64,000 bases of DNA from the NCBI GenBank assembly GCA_035553475.1, contig DATNDQ010000062.1:360-64359 (forward strand), in the 5' to 3' direction. The notes under the pieces were generated by a model that saw only the letters and a list, made by a program, of their open reading frames with translations, had not been told where the DNA came from and ran no database searches. Made by a program: the position numbers and the translations under genes. The DNA comes from Gemmatimonadales bacterium. Lineage in GTDB: Bacteria > Gemmatimonadota > Gemmatimonadetes > Gemmatimonadales > GWC2-71-9. Shown in pieces: positions 26,535 to 34,773 of this stretch (positions within the stretch are counted from its first letter, which is position 1; each line of letters starts with the position of its first letter).

Positions 26535-27206
26535 TCACCCCCGACCGGCCGCCTCAGCCAGGGCGGGGCGGTTCTTGACCAGAATCTCCTTGCGCCCCAC
26601 TTCGATCAGCCCCTTGTCGACCAGCTCGCGCATCGTGCGCGACACCGTCTCGCGGGACGAACCGATCATCTGTGCGATGGTGTGGTGGGTGAGCCGCCGC
26701 GTGATCCGCTCGCCGCCATTTTCGTCCGCCATTTCGAGCAGGAGCCGTGCGACCCGGCCGTTCACGTCGAGCAGGACCAGCGAACCGACCTTTTCGTCCA
26801 CGCGCCGCAGGCGGCGGGAGAGCTCCCGCAGGAGCGCAATGGCGATGGCGGGGGTGGTCGAGAGAATCGGCGCGAAATCCTCGCGGCGGAGCACCACCAG
26901 GTTGGAGTCTTCCATGGCGATGACGTGGGCCGACCGCGGCTCGTCGTCGATCAACGCCATCTCCCCGAAGAACTCGCCCTCACCGAGCACCGAGAGGATC
27001 ACCTCCCGGCCATCTTCGCCGATGAGCACGACCTTCACCTGGCCCCCGCACACCACGAACAGGGCGTCGCCGGGATCGTCCTCGAACAGGATTACCGAGT
27101 TCTTGGGGTGCGTGCGCTCCCGGGCGACGTCCAGCACCCGCTGGAAATCGGCCTGGGAGAGCTCGCTGAACAGCGGAACCTTGCGCAGGACTTCGGACGC
27201 CAGCAC
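26535..27206 (-). CDS. Crp/Fnr-family transcriptional regulator
   Basis: 223 aa with a cNMP-binding domain (FGEMALID) and C-terminal HTH (RETVSRTMRELVDKGLI). Confidence 0.9.
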   Translation of the reverse strand: MLASEVLRKVPLFSELSQADFQRVLDVARERTHPKNSVILFEDDPGDALFVVCGGQVKVVLIGEDGREVILSVLGEGEFFGEMALIDDEPRSAHVIAMEDSNLVVLRREDFAPILSTTPAIAIALLRELSRRLRRVDEKVGSLVLLDVNGRVARLLLEMADENGGERITRRLTHHTIAQMIGSSRETVSRTMRELVDKGLIEVGRKEILVKNRPALAEAAGRG

Positions 27207-27284
27207 GCGTATCCTTTGAAAGAATCGGGACTTGGGTGTGGGGCAAGCTTACGGTAGCGGCGTCCGGGTGTCAATTCGGCGTGC

Positions 27285-27314
27285 TTGTCGGCAACTGTAT
27301 GCCCCGTTTATATT
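27285..27314 (+). promoter_or_regulatory. Candidate promoter upstream of rpmE
   Basis: TTGTCG (27285-27290), 18-nt spacer, TATATT (27309-27314). The -10 area tatatttc also approximates the Bacteroidota-type TAnnTTTG motif. Pattern match only. Confidence 0.25.
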
Positions 27315-27356
27315 TCCGCGCTTCCAAAGCCCCAACCTTTATCAGGACAGGTATTC

Positions 27357-27569
27357 GTGAAACCGGGCATTCATCCGAATTATCAGCGGGCCATGGTGAC
27401 CTGCGCGTGCGGGAACACCTTTATCACGCGGTCGACCACCCCTGCGATCAACGTCGAAATCTGTGGCAAGTGCCATCCGTACTTCACCGGCAAGCAGAAA
27501 CTGATCGACACCGCCGGCCGGGTGGAGCGGTTCCGCCAGAAGTACGGGACGGGCAAGGCCGCGAGCTGA
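27357..27569 (+). CDS. rpmE: 50S ribosomal protein L31 (Cys-containing type A)
   Basis: ORF 27285..27569 trimmed to GTG 27357: [27 protein letters not shown]...[13 protein letters not shown]. Confidence 0.9.
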   Translation: MKPGIHPNYQRAMVTCACGNTFITRSTTPAINVEICGKCHPYFTGKQKLIDTAGRVERFRQKYGTGKAAS

Positions 27570-27572
27570 CCG

Positions 27573-28631
27573 ATGGAGGCCCGCCTCCGCCAGGCGCTCG
27601 CGCGGGCGGAGGAGGTCGCCCGGCTGCTGGCCGACCCCAGCACGGCCCGGAATCCGGGAGCGCTGAAGCAGCTGGGGCGTGAGCACGCCCGCCTCGACGT
27701 CATCCGCCAGACCAACCAACGCCTCGAACGCCTCACCGAGGAGCTCGCACAGGCCCGGGAGGTCCTCCAGGACAGAGACCCCGAGCTGGCCCAGCTGGCT
27801 CGGGCGGATGTCGAGCGTCTGCGCCCCGAGGTTGCCAGCACGGAGGCCGAGCTGGCCGAGCTCCTGGTGCCGGCGGATCCACTCGATGACCGCGATGCAA
27901 TCGTCGAGATCCGCGCCGGGACAGGCGGGGACGAAGCCGCGCTCTTCGCCGCCGATCTCTACCGGATGTATACGCGGTTCTGCGAACGCAAACGGTGGAA
28001 GATCGAGGTCACCGAGCTCTCCGACGCCACCCTGGGCGGCATCAAAGAGGTGATTTTCGCCGTGCGCGGCCCGAAGGCGTACGGCACGCTGCGGTACGAA
28101 TCCGGGGTGCACCGCGTCCAGCGCGTGCCCGAGACCGAAGCGCAGGGACGCATCCACACGTCCGCTGCCACCGTCGCTGTCCTGCCGGAAGCCGAGGAGG
28201 TCGACGTCACCATTGAAGAAAAAGATCTTCGCATCGACGTCTTCCGGTCGTCCGGTCCCGGCGGGCAGAGCGTGAACACCACGGACAGCGCGGTGCGCGT
28301 GACCCACCTGCCGACTGGTCTCGTCGTGCAGTGCCAGGACCAGAAATCCCAGCTCCAGAACAAGATCAAGGCGCTCGAAATCCTCCGGTCCCGCTTGCTC
28401 GACCGCATGGTCGCCGAGCAGGAAGCGGCCCGGTCACGGGACCGCCGCGCGATGGTGGGCACGGGGGACCGCTCCGCGAAGATCCGCACCTACAACTTCC
28501 CGCAGAACCGGCTGACCGATCACCGGATCCATTTCACGACGCATAACCTCACCGACGTCATGAATGGGGACCTGGATGCGGTCATCACCGCCCTGCGGTC
28601 GGAAGGCGAGAAGGAGCGCATGAGTGCCTGA
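27573..28631 (+). CDS. prfA: Peptide chain release factor 1
   Basis: 352 aa with GGQ motif (SSGPGGQSVNTTDSAVR). The RF1-type PxT recognition tripeptide here reads PET. Confidence 0.93.
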   Translation: MEARLRQALARAEEVARLLADPSTARNPGALKQLGREHARLDVIRQTNQRLERLTEELAQAREVLQDRDPELAQLARADVERLRPEVASTEAELAELLVPADPLDDRDAIVEIRAGTGGDEAALFAADLYRMYTRFCERKRWKIEVTELSDATLGGIKEVIFAVRGPKAYGTLRYESGVHRVQRVPETEAQGRIHTSAATVAVLPEAEEVDVTIEEKDLRIDVFRSSGPGGQSVNTTDSAVRVTHLPTGLVVQCQDQKSQLQNKIKALEILRSRLLDRMVAEQEAARSRDRRAMVGTGDRSAKIRTYNFPQNRLTDHRIHFTTHNLTDVMNGDLDAVITALRSEGEKERMSA

Positions 28632-29502
28632 GGACCCCTCCGGTTCCGTCGGAGAGGTGCTGAGCAAGGCGACGGAGCGTCTGCAACAGGCGGGCGTGCT
28701 GAACCCCAAGCGGGAATCAACGGCACTGTGGGCCGCCATCGTCGGACGTACACCGGGCGACGTCTGGCTGGACCGGGAAGGAGCCGCCGAGCCGGGCGCC
28801 GCGGACCGGTTCTGGAACGCTGTAGGCCGGCGGGCGGGAGGTGCTCCATTTCCGTATGCGGTGGGGCGCGCGGGATTCAGGAACCTCGATCTGGTGGTTG
28901 ACGCGCGGGCGCTGATCCCGCGGCCGGAGACCGAGGGCCTGGTGGGGCTGGTGCTCGAGTGGGCGGGAAACCGGCACGGCGGGGAGGGCCTCGCGGCGGA
29001 TGTCGGCACCGGAACCGGTTGCATCGCGCTCGCGTTGGCGCAGGAGGGGGACTTCAGCGGCGTCGTGGCCACGGAGCGCTCTCCGCAGGCGGCGTCGCTG
29101 GCACGCGAGAACGTGGCCCGGGTAGCTCCCAAGGTGCCGGTGGAGGTGCGGGAAGGAGACTTGCTGGGTCCCCTGGCGGGGTCCCGCTACCGTGTCATCG
29201 TCTCCAATCCCCCCTATCTCACGGAGCAGGAGTATGACGCGCTGGATCCGTCCGTGAAGTCCTACGAACCACGCGAGGCGCTGGTGAGTGGCGTGGATGG
29301 CCTGGATGCGACGCGGGCGCTCCTGGCCGGCGCGGCGGCGCTGCTCGAGCCGGGGGGCCTCCTGGCCCTGGAAATCGACGAGCGACGAGGGCCCGAGGTC
29401 CGCACCCTGGCGCACGAGCATGGATGGCGCCGCATTGGCATTCACGATGATCTGTTCGGCCGGCCGCGGTTCGCGCTGGCGTTCCCTGGGGAGGGTTTGT
29501 GA
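28624..29502 (+). CDS. prmC: Release factor glutamine N5-methyltransferase PrmC
   Basis: 292 aa with SAM motif DVGTGTGCIAL and NPPY motif (VSNPPYL). 8-nt overlap with prfA. Confidence 0.88.
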   Translation: MPEDPSGSVGEVLSKATERLQQAGVLNPKRESTALWAAIVGRTPGDVWLDREGAAEPGAADRFWNAVGRRAGGAPFPYAVGRAGFRNLDLVVDARALIPRPETEGLVGLVLEWAGNRHGGEGLAADVGTGTGCIALALAQEGDFSGVVATERSPQAASLARENVARVAPKVPVEVREGDLLGPLAGSRYRVIVSNPPYLTEQEYDALDPSVKSYEPREALVSGVDGLDATRALLAGAAALLEPGGLLALEIDERRGPEVRTLAHEHGWRRIGIHDDLFGRPRFALAFPGEGL

Positions 29503-29852
29503 TCGATGATAAGGCGGTAGAGCTCGGACGGCTGCTGGGCCAGACCGAGGAATACAAGGCGCTGAAGCGCGCCAACGACCGGATGCGCGAGGAGCAGGAC
29601 GTCCTGAAACAGCTCGCGGAGGTCGAACGGCTGGCGGTCGAGATCGAGCGCGGTGCGCAGGCCGGCATCGAACCCGCCAAGGAGCAGGTGGAGGCGTATG
29701 ACCGCGCGCTGCACGCCGTCCAGGGGCATGCGGTGTACCAGCAGGTAGTCGCCGCCCAGGCGAACTTCGAAAAGCTCATGGCCAAGGTCAACGAGCGTAT
29801 TTTCGAAGGGATCAAGAAGGGCTCGGCCAGCCCGATCATCACGCTGGGCTGA
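29499..29852 (+). CDS. YlbF/YmcA-like (UPF0342) helical protein
   Basis: 117 aa, helical, with a pattern resembling Com_YlbF (VELGRLLGQTEEYKALKRA...YQQVVAAQANFEKLMAKVNE). GTGA overlap with the upstream stop. Confidence 0.6.
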   Translation: MIDDKAVELGRLLGQTEEYKALKRANDRMREEQDVLKQLAEVERLAVEIERGAQAGIEPAKEQVEAYDRALHAVQGHAVYQQVVAAQANFEKLMAKVNERIFEGIKKGSASPIITLG

Positions 29853-29853
29853 C

Positions 29854-30477
29854 ATGTTCATCGTGGTGGAGGGGCCGGAGGGGGCGGGGAAGTCCACGCT
29901 GGTGCGTGGGATCAACGCTCGTTTTCTGGCCGAGGGGCGCCAGGTGCTGATGGTGCGGGAGCCGGGCGGCACGCCGGTGGCGGAGGCGGCGCGGAAGATC
30001 GTGCTGAAGTCCCGCCACGACTTGAATCCGGCGTCCGAGCTCTTCCTGTACCTCGCCGCACGCGCGGATCTGGTCGAGAAGCAGATCAGGCCCGCGCTCG
30101 CCGCCGGTCAGGTGGTGCTGGCCGACCGGTTCGACCTGTCGACTCGTGCGTATCAGGTGGCGGGCCGCGGGTTGGCGCCCGACGCCGTGCAGGCGGCCCT
30201 CCAGGTCGCGACCGGCGGACTCACGCCGGACCTCACGCTGGTGCTCGACGTGCCGGTGGAGGTGGGGCGGGAGCGGCAACGGAAGGCCCGGAAGGAGCAG
30301 GACCGCATCGAGCGCGAGAGCGACGCATTTCACGGTCGCGTGCTCGAGGCGTACCGGAAGGCGGCCGGTCCCGGCGTCGTGCATCTGGACGCCACGCAGA
30401 CGAAGTCCGCCGTGTTGGAGGCCGCGTGGAAGGAAATCGGCGCGGCATCCGCGCTTTCACTGCGAGGAATCTCATGA
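29854..30477 (+). CDS. tmk: dTMP (thymidylate) kinase
   Basis: 207 aa with P-loop VVEGPEGAGKST and DRF motif (LADRFDLST). Confidence 0.9.
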   Translation: MFIVVEGPEGAGKSTLVRGINARFLAEGRQVLMVREPGGTPVAEAARKIVLKSRHDLNPASELFLYLAARADLVEKQIRPALAAGQVVLADRFDLSTRAYQVAGRGLAPDAVQAALQVATGGLTPDLTLVLDVPVEVGRERQRKARKEQDRIERESDAFHGRVLEAYRKAAGPGVVHLDATQTKSAVLEAAWKEIGAASALSLRGIS

Positions 30478-32090
30478 AGGGCAAGAACATCGCCATCATC
30501 GCCGGCCTGACCGGAGCCGCTCTGGTCACGGGAGGCTGGCTGCTGCAGCGGGATACGGTCCCGACCGGTTCAGTCTACGAGCAGGCCCGGCTCTTCGACG
30601 ACGTGCTGGCCCACGTGGCCGACTACTACGTCGACTCGATCGACGAAGGCAAGCTCTACGGGATGGCCATCGACGGCCTGGTGGACCAGCTCCACGATCC
30701 GTACTCAGTCTACCTGAAGCCCGACGATTTCAAGGAGCTCACCGAGCAGATCTCGGGAGACTACGGTGGACTGGGATTCCAGTTCGAGGTCCGGGACAAC
30801 GCTGTGGCGGTCGTCGCGCCCCTCCCGGAAACACCGGCCGAACGCGCCGGGCTGCTGGGCGGTGACATGATCACCGCGGTGGACGGACAGGCGACCGCGG
30901 GCTGGAAGCAGGACGACGTCTTCAAGAAGATGCGCGGTCCGGCCGGCACGGTCGTGACGCTCACGGTGAAGCGGCCCGGCGTGGATCAGCCGATGACGTT
31001 CAAGATCACGCGCGCCAAGATCCACGTCCGTTCGGTGGGTCTCGCGATGATGCTCGACGACCATGTCGGCTACATCGCCATGAGCCCGGTCAGTGACTCC
31101 TCCGCACACGAGATGGAAGTCGCCGTCGACTCGCTGACCAAGGCGGGCATGCGGGCGCTGATCTACGACCTCCGCGGGAACCCCGGTGGTTCTCTCCAGC
31201 AGGGGGTCGGGGTGACGGACCTGTTCCTCAACCCGGGGCAGGAAGTCGTGGCGACCAAGGGCCGGGCGCCGCACTCGAACGCCGTCTACCGGGACGACGA
31301 GCCGCAGCGCTGGCCGAACCTGCCGATCGTGGTGCTGGTCAACGGGTTTACCGCGAGTGCCGCCGAAATCATCTCCGGCGCGCTCCAGGATCATGATCGC
31401 GCACTGGTGGTCGGCACGCCTACATGGGGCAAGGGTCTGGTACAACAGGTCTGGCAGCTGACCCCGGAAACCGCACTCAAGCTGACGACGGCCCGCTGGT
31501 ATACGCCGAGCGGGCGGACGATCCAGCGGACCATGAAGAGTGAAGAGGAGCAGGTGGCGCTGGTGCTCGCGGCGGAGCATGGGCAGGACACGTCCAAGAT
31601 CGATACGACGCACGTCTTCAAGACGGACGCCGGACGCGTCGAGTACGGCGGCGGCGGGATTCACCCCGACCTGTTCGTCGCGGTCGATACCTTCAGCACG
31701 GGCGAGCAGGCCTTCAACAAGTCCCTGGGCGCCAAGGCGCCGGTGTACGCGGATGTCCTGTCGGGGTACGCCGTGGATGCGAAGGTTCATCATCTCGTGT
31801 CGAGTCCCGATTTCCAGGTGACGGACGCGATGGTGACGGAAGTCCTCGACCGGCTCCGGGCCCGCGGCGTGACGTTCACGCCGGCCATTCTCCAGGGTGG
31901 TGCGGATCTGCTCAAGCAGGAAATCGGGTACGAGGTCGCGCGGTACAGCTTCGGCCGGATCGGCGAATTCCATCGCCGGATCTCGGACGACCGGCAGGTG
32001 GTGCGCGCACTCGACCTGGCCCGGAAGGCCAAGACCCCGCAGGAGCTGCTCTCGTTGGCGGCGAAGCCCCAGCCGCACCCCGGCCGCTAA
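30474..32090 (+). CDS. S41-family C-terminal processing peptidase
   Basis: Trimmed to ATG 30474 (ATGA overlap): MKGKNIAIIAGLTGAALVTGGWLL. PDZ domain, LRGNPGG, and catalytic Ser region VNGFTASAAEI. Confidence 0.9.
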   Translation: MKGKNIAIIAGLTGAALVTGGWLLQRDTVPTGSVYEQARLFDDVLAHVADYYVDSIDEGKLYGMAIDGLVDQLHDPYSVYLKPDDFKELTEQISGDYGGLGFQFEVRDNAVAVVAPLPETPAERAGLLGGDMITAVDGQATAGWKQDDVFKKMRGPAGTVVTLTVKRPGVDQPMTFKITRAKIHVRSVGLAMMLDDHVGYIAMSPVSDSSAHEMEVAVDSLTKAGMRALIYDLRGNPGGSLQQGVGVTDLFLNPGQEVVATKGRAPHSNAVYRDDEPQRWPNLPIVVLVNGFTASAAEIISGALQDHDRALVVGTPTWGKGLVQQVWQLTPETALKLTTARWYTPSGRTIQRTMKSEEEQVALVLAAEHGQDTSKIDTTHVFKTDAGRVEYGGGGIHPDLFVAVDTFSTGEQAFNKSLGAKAPVYADVLSGYAVDAKVHHLVSSPDFQVTDAMVTEVLDRLRARGVTFTPAILQGGADLLKQEIGYEVARYSFGRIGEFHRRISDDRQVVRALDLARKAKTPQELLSLAAKPQPHPGR

Positions 32091-32097
32091 CCCACTC

Positions 32098-32976
32098 GTG
32101 GGAGTGGTCGGGATCATCGGCGCGGGGCGGGTGGGAGCCGGGCTGGCACTGGCTCTCACCCGCGTCGGCCGTGAAGTCCGCCTGATCAGCCGCCGGCCCG
32201 TTCGCATTCCCGCACCGCTGTCTCTCAAGGTCGCGCCCGACGGTCCCGACGCGGAATGGGTGTCGGGGCTCGAGGTCCTCTTTCTCGCCGTTCCCGACGA
32301 CCGCATTCACCCGGTGGCCCAGCAGCTCTGGGCGACGAAAGGCATCGGTCCCGGGCAGACGGTGCTGCACTGTTCGGGCGTGCTCGGCCAGGAAGCCCTC
32401 TCGGCGCTGGTTCCCACGCGCGCGGCGCTCGGATCGCTCCACCCCCTGCAGACCATCAGTGATCCGGAAGTGGCTCCCGAACGCTTCAAGGGTGCCTGGG
32501 CGGCGGTGGAGGGGAGTCCGGCGGCGATGGACACCGGGGAAGACATCGCGCGCGCCCTGGGCATGAAGCCGTTCCGGATCACGGCGAAGCAGAAGATTCT
32601 CTACCACGCCGGGGCGGTATTCGCGTCGAACTATCTGGTGGTGGTGGAGGCGATTGCCCAGCGGCTCCTGCGCCATGCGGGACTGTCCGATGAGGAAGCC
32701 TGGGCGGCGTTGTCACCGCTCGTGAGAGGCACGATCACCAATCTCCTGGCCGCGGATCCTCGCAGTGCCCTGACCGGCCCCGTGGTGCGCGGTGACACCG
32801 ACACGATTCTCAGGCACCTGGGCGCGCTCACCATCGACGACGCGCGATTGTATCAGATGCTGGGACGGGCGGCGCTGGAGCTGGCGAGGAAGGGGGGGAT
32901 GGACGACAAGACGGCGCAGAAGGTGGCGGATGCCCTCGCTACTGATCTACCACCCGTACTCCAGCCCCCGGAGTAA
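32098..32976 (+). CDS. Rossmann-like / DUF2520 domain protein
   Basis: ORF 31897..32976 trimmed to GTG 32098 (VGVVGIIGAGRVGAGLALAL), with a DUF2520-like C-terminal half. Confidence 0.7.
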   Translation: MGVVGIIGAGRVGAGLALALTRVGREVRLISRRPVRIPAPLSLKVAPDGPDAEWVSGLEVLFLAVPDDRIHPVAQQLWATKGIGPGQTVLHCSGVLGQEALSALVPTRAALGSLHPLQTISDPEVAPERFKGAWAAVEGSPAAMDTGEDIARALGMKPFRITAKQKILYHAGAVFASNYLVVVEAIAQRLLRHAGLSDEEAWAALSPLVRGTITNLLAADPRSALTGPVVRGDTDTILRHLGALTIDDARLYQMLGRAALELARKGGMDDKTAQKVADALATDLPPVLQPPE

Positions 32977-33670
32977 AGCGGAAGGTCCCGCCGGATACCC
33001 CGACGTTCAGCTGGTGCTTCGAGAAGATCAACACGCGCTTCTGTCCCGACGTCTCCGTAATGTCCAACCGCGTCACCAACCCCGACCGCGCGATGGTGAG
33101 GTCCGCTGCCGTGTAGGGCTGATCGGCCGTGATCGGCTCGAGGTGGATCACGTCCGTCACGCCCGCGGCCGTCGAATCCGTGCGCAGAAAGCGGGCGTGG
33201 TACCGCTGTTCTGAATGTTCGACGAACTGACCGATGAGATTGGGACCCGTGCCCCCATTCGAGGGGAGCGGCGTGCGGATGACTTGCCCGGGTGTCGTGC
33301 TTGGTGTGTAGATCCAGAGATACTTCCCGTCGGACAGAATCCGGTCGTGCTTCGGGTGGGTGAAGTTCATGGTGAAGCGGGAAGGAGGCTCCTGGTACAG
33401 CACGCCGCGCGTGGTGTCAGGCGCGCCGACCATCGGGTTGTCCACGATCTGAATGAAATCGGCACGAAGCGTATGAACGGTGTCGTACGCCGCCCGTGCC
33501 CGGGCGAGGACCGCGAACGGATCCTGCGCGGCGAGTCGAATCGTGAGGGCGGGCATGAACAGGAGGACCAGTAACCGATGGTATTCCCAGGCCCGAGGCC
33601 TGGGCTCGGCACGGCACTGCGCTTCAAGCGCAGCGCCGCACCGGGCACACTCTTTAGAGTGTGAAGTCAC
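32939..33670 (-). CDS. LolA-like outer-membrane lipoprotein carrier family protein
   Basis: Only the 3' part of the 514-aa ORF 32939..34483 is real ([36 protein letters not shown]...[11 protein letters not shown]). Start ambiguous. GTG 33670 (GTGA overlap with the aroF stop) puts a long n-region in front of [20 protein letters not shown] 33571 or ATG 33556 leave a poor or absent signal peptide. Confidence 0.65.
   Translation of the reverse strand: MTSHSKECARCGAALEAQCRAEPRPRAWEYHRLLVLLFMPALTIRLAAQDPFAVLARARAAYDTVHTLRADFIQIVDNPMVGAPDTTRGVLYQEPPSRFTMNFTHPKHDRILSDGKYLWIYTPSTTPGQVIRTPLPSNGGTGPNLIGQFVEHSEQRYHARFLRTDSTAAGVTDVIHLEPITADQPYTAADLTIARSGLVTRLDITETSGQKRVLIFSKHQLNVGVSGGTFRFTPGAGVRVVDQ
33586..33663. 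repeat. Structured intergenic repeat, copy B (reverse orientation relative to copy A)
   Basis: H3 cccaggc-ccgag-gcctggg (33586-33604); GCTCGGC (33604-33610); central ctgcgctt-c-aagcgcag (33617-33633); H1 cacactc-ttta-gagtgtg (33646-33663). Confidence 0.8.
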
Positions 33671-34707
33671 GCCCCCACCGACGCCGGCTCCGCCATCCGG
33701 CGGCCCGTGACCTCGGCGATGATCCGGACTTCCTTCATGAGCTGCGCGAACTGCTTCGGAAAGAGCGACTGGGCGCCGTCCGAAAGCGCCTGATCGGGCG
33801 CGGGGTGCACTTCCACGATGATGCCGTCCGCACCCGCGGCCACCGCGGCGCGCGCCATCGGCAGCACCTGGTCGCGGAGACCGGTGCCATGGGAGGGATC
33901 GGCGATGATCGGCAGGTGTGACAGCTTGTGCACCACGGGAATCGCCGTCAGGTCGAAGAGATTCCGGGTGATCGGATCGAACCCGCGCACGCCCCGCTCG
34001 CAGAGCATGACCTCGGCGTTTCCCTCGGCGAGGAGATACTCGGCCGAGAGCAACAGCTCGGTGATGGTGGCGGCCATGCCGCGCTTCAGGAGTACCGGCT
34101 TTCCGCACCGTCCCGCCGCCTTGAGCAGGGAGTAGTTCTGCATGTTCCGGGCGCCGATCTGCACGATGTCGGCCATCTCGGACACCCAGCCCACACCCTC
34201 GATGTCCATCGCTTCCGTGCACACGAGTAGGCCTGTTTCCGCGCGTGCCTTTTCGAGGAAGCGCAGGGCAGGCCGCCCCAGTCCCTGGAATGAATACGGA
34301 GAGCTGCGGGGCTTGAACGCGCCGCCGCGCAGAATCGTGGCCCCCGCCTCTTTCACCTGCCTGGCGGTCTCGATGATCTGACGCTCGGTCTCGACGGAGC
34401 AGGGGCCCGCGATGGCCACGACGTCCGTGCCGCCCACGGTGACCCCATTGGGGAAATGGATCACCGTCGACTCGCTCTTCCATTCCCGACTGACCTGCTT
34501 GTATGGCTTGGAGACGTGGATGACTTCCGTGACGCCCGGCAGCCCCTCGAGGCGCGAAGCATCCACCCGGCCGTCGTTGCCGATGAGGCCGACGGCCGTG
34601 CGCTGGGCCCCCGGCATGGCCTGCGCCTGGTACCCCATCTCTTGAATCACCGCGACCACGCGCTGGACTTCGGCGTCCGTGGCCCCATGTCGCATCACGA
34701 TCAGCAA
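33667..34707 (-). CDS. aroF: 3-deoxy-7-phosphoheptulonate (DAHP) synthase, type I-beta with N-terminal ferredoxin-like regulatory domain
   Basis: [21 protein letters not shown] and other motifs. The N-terminus [17 protein letters not shown] aligns with my recollection of Thermotoga DAHPS (MIVVLKPGSTEEDIRKVV), hence TTG 34707. The ORF-track start TTG 34761 is possible. Confidence 0.88.
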   Translation of the reverse strand: MLIVMRHGATDAEVQRVVAVIQEMGYQAQAMPGAQRTAVGLIGNDGRVDASRLEGLPGVTEVIHVSKPYKQVSREWKSESTVIHFPNGVTVGGTDVVAIAGPCSVETERQIIETARQVKEAGATILRGGAFKPRSSPYSFQGLGRPALRFLEKARAETGLLVCTEAMDIEGVGWVSEMADIVQIGARNMQNYSLLKAAGRCGKPVLLKRGMAATITELLLSAEYLLAEGNAEVMLCERGVRGFDPITRNLFDLTAIPVVHKLSHLPIIADPSHGTGLRDQVLPMARAAVAAGADGIIVEVHPAPDQALSDGAQSLFPKQFAQLMKEVRIIAEVTGRRMAEPASVGA

Positions 34708-34716
34708 AAGTCGCTC

Positions 34717-34730
34717 CGGAACTAGTTCCG
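34717..34730. promoter_or_regulatory. 14-bp perfect palindrome just upstream of the aroF start (candidate operator)
   Basis: cggaactagttccg lies 10 nt upstream of TTG 34707 in a locally AT-richer stretch. If the gene starts at 34761 it is intragenic. Confidence 0.25.
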
Positions 34731-34773
34731 AATACTCCCTAGGAAACGGGAAGGCCGTCAAGACAAGGGTCTG

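Noticed and set aside
33671-34483. Upstream 270 codons of the 514-aa ORF 32939..34483
   Set aside because: This part overlaps aroF out of frame and is Arg/Gly/His-rich. Only the LolA-like 3' portion (at most from GTG 33670) is credible.
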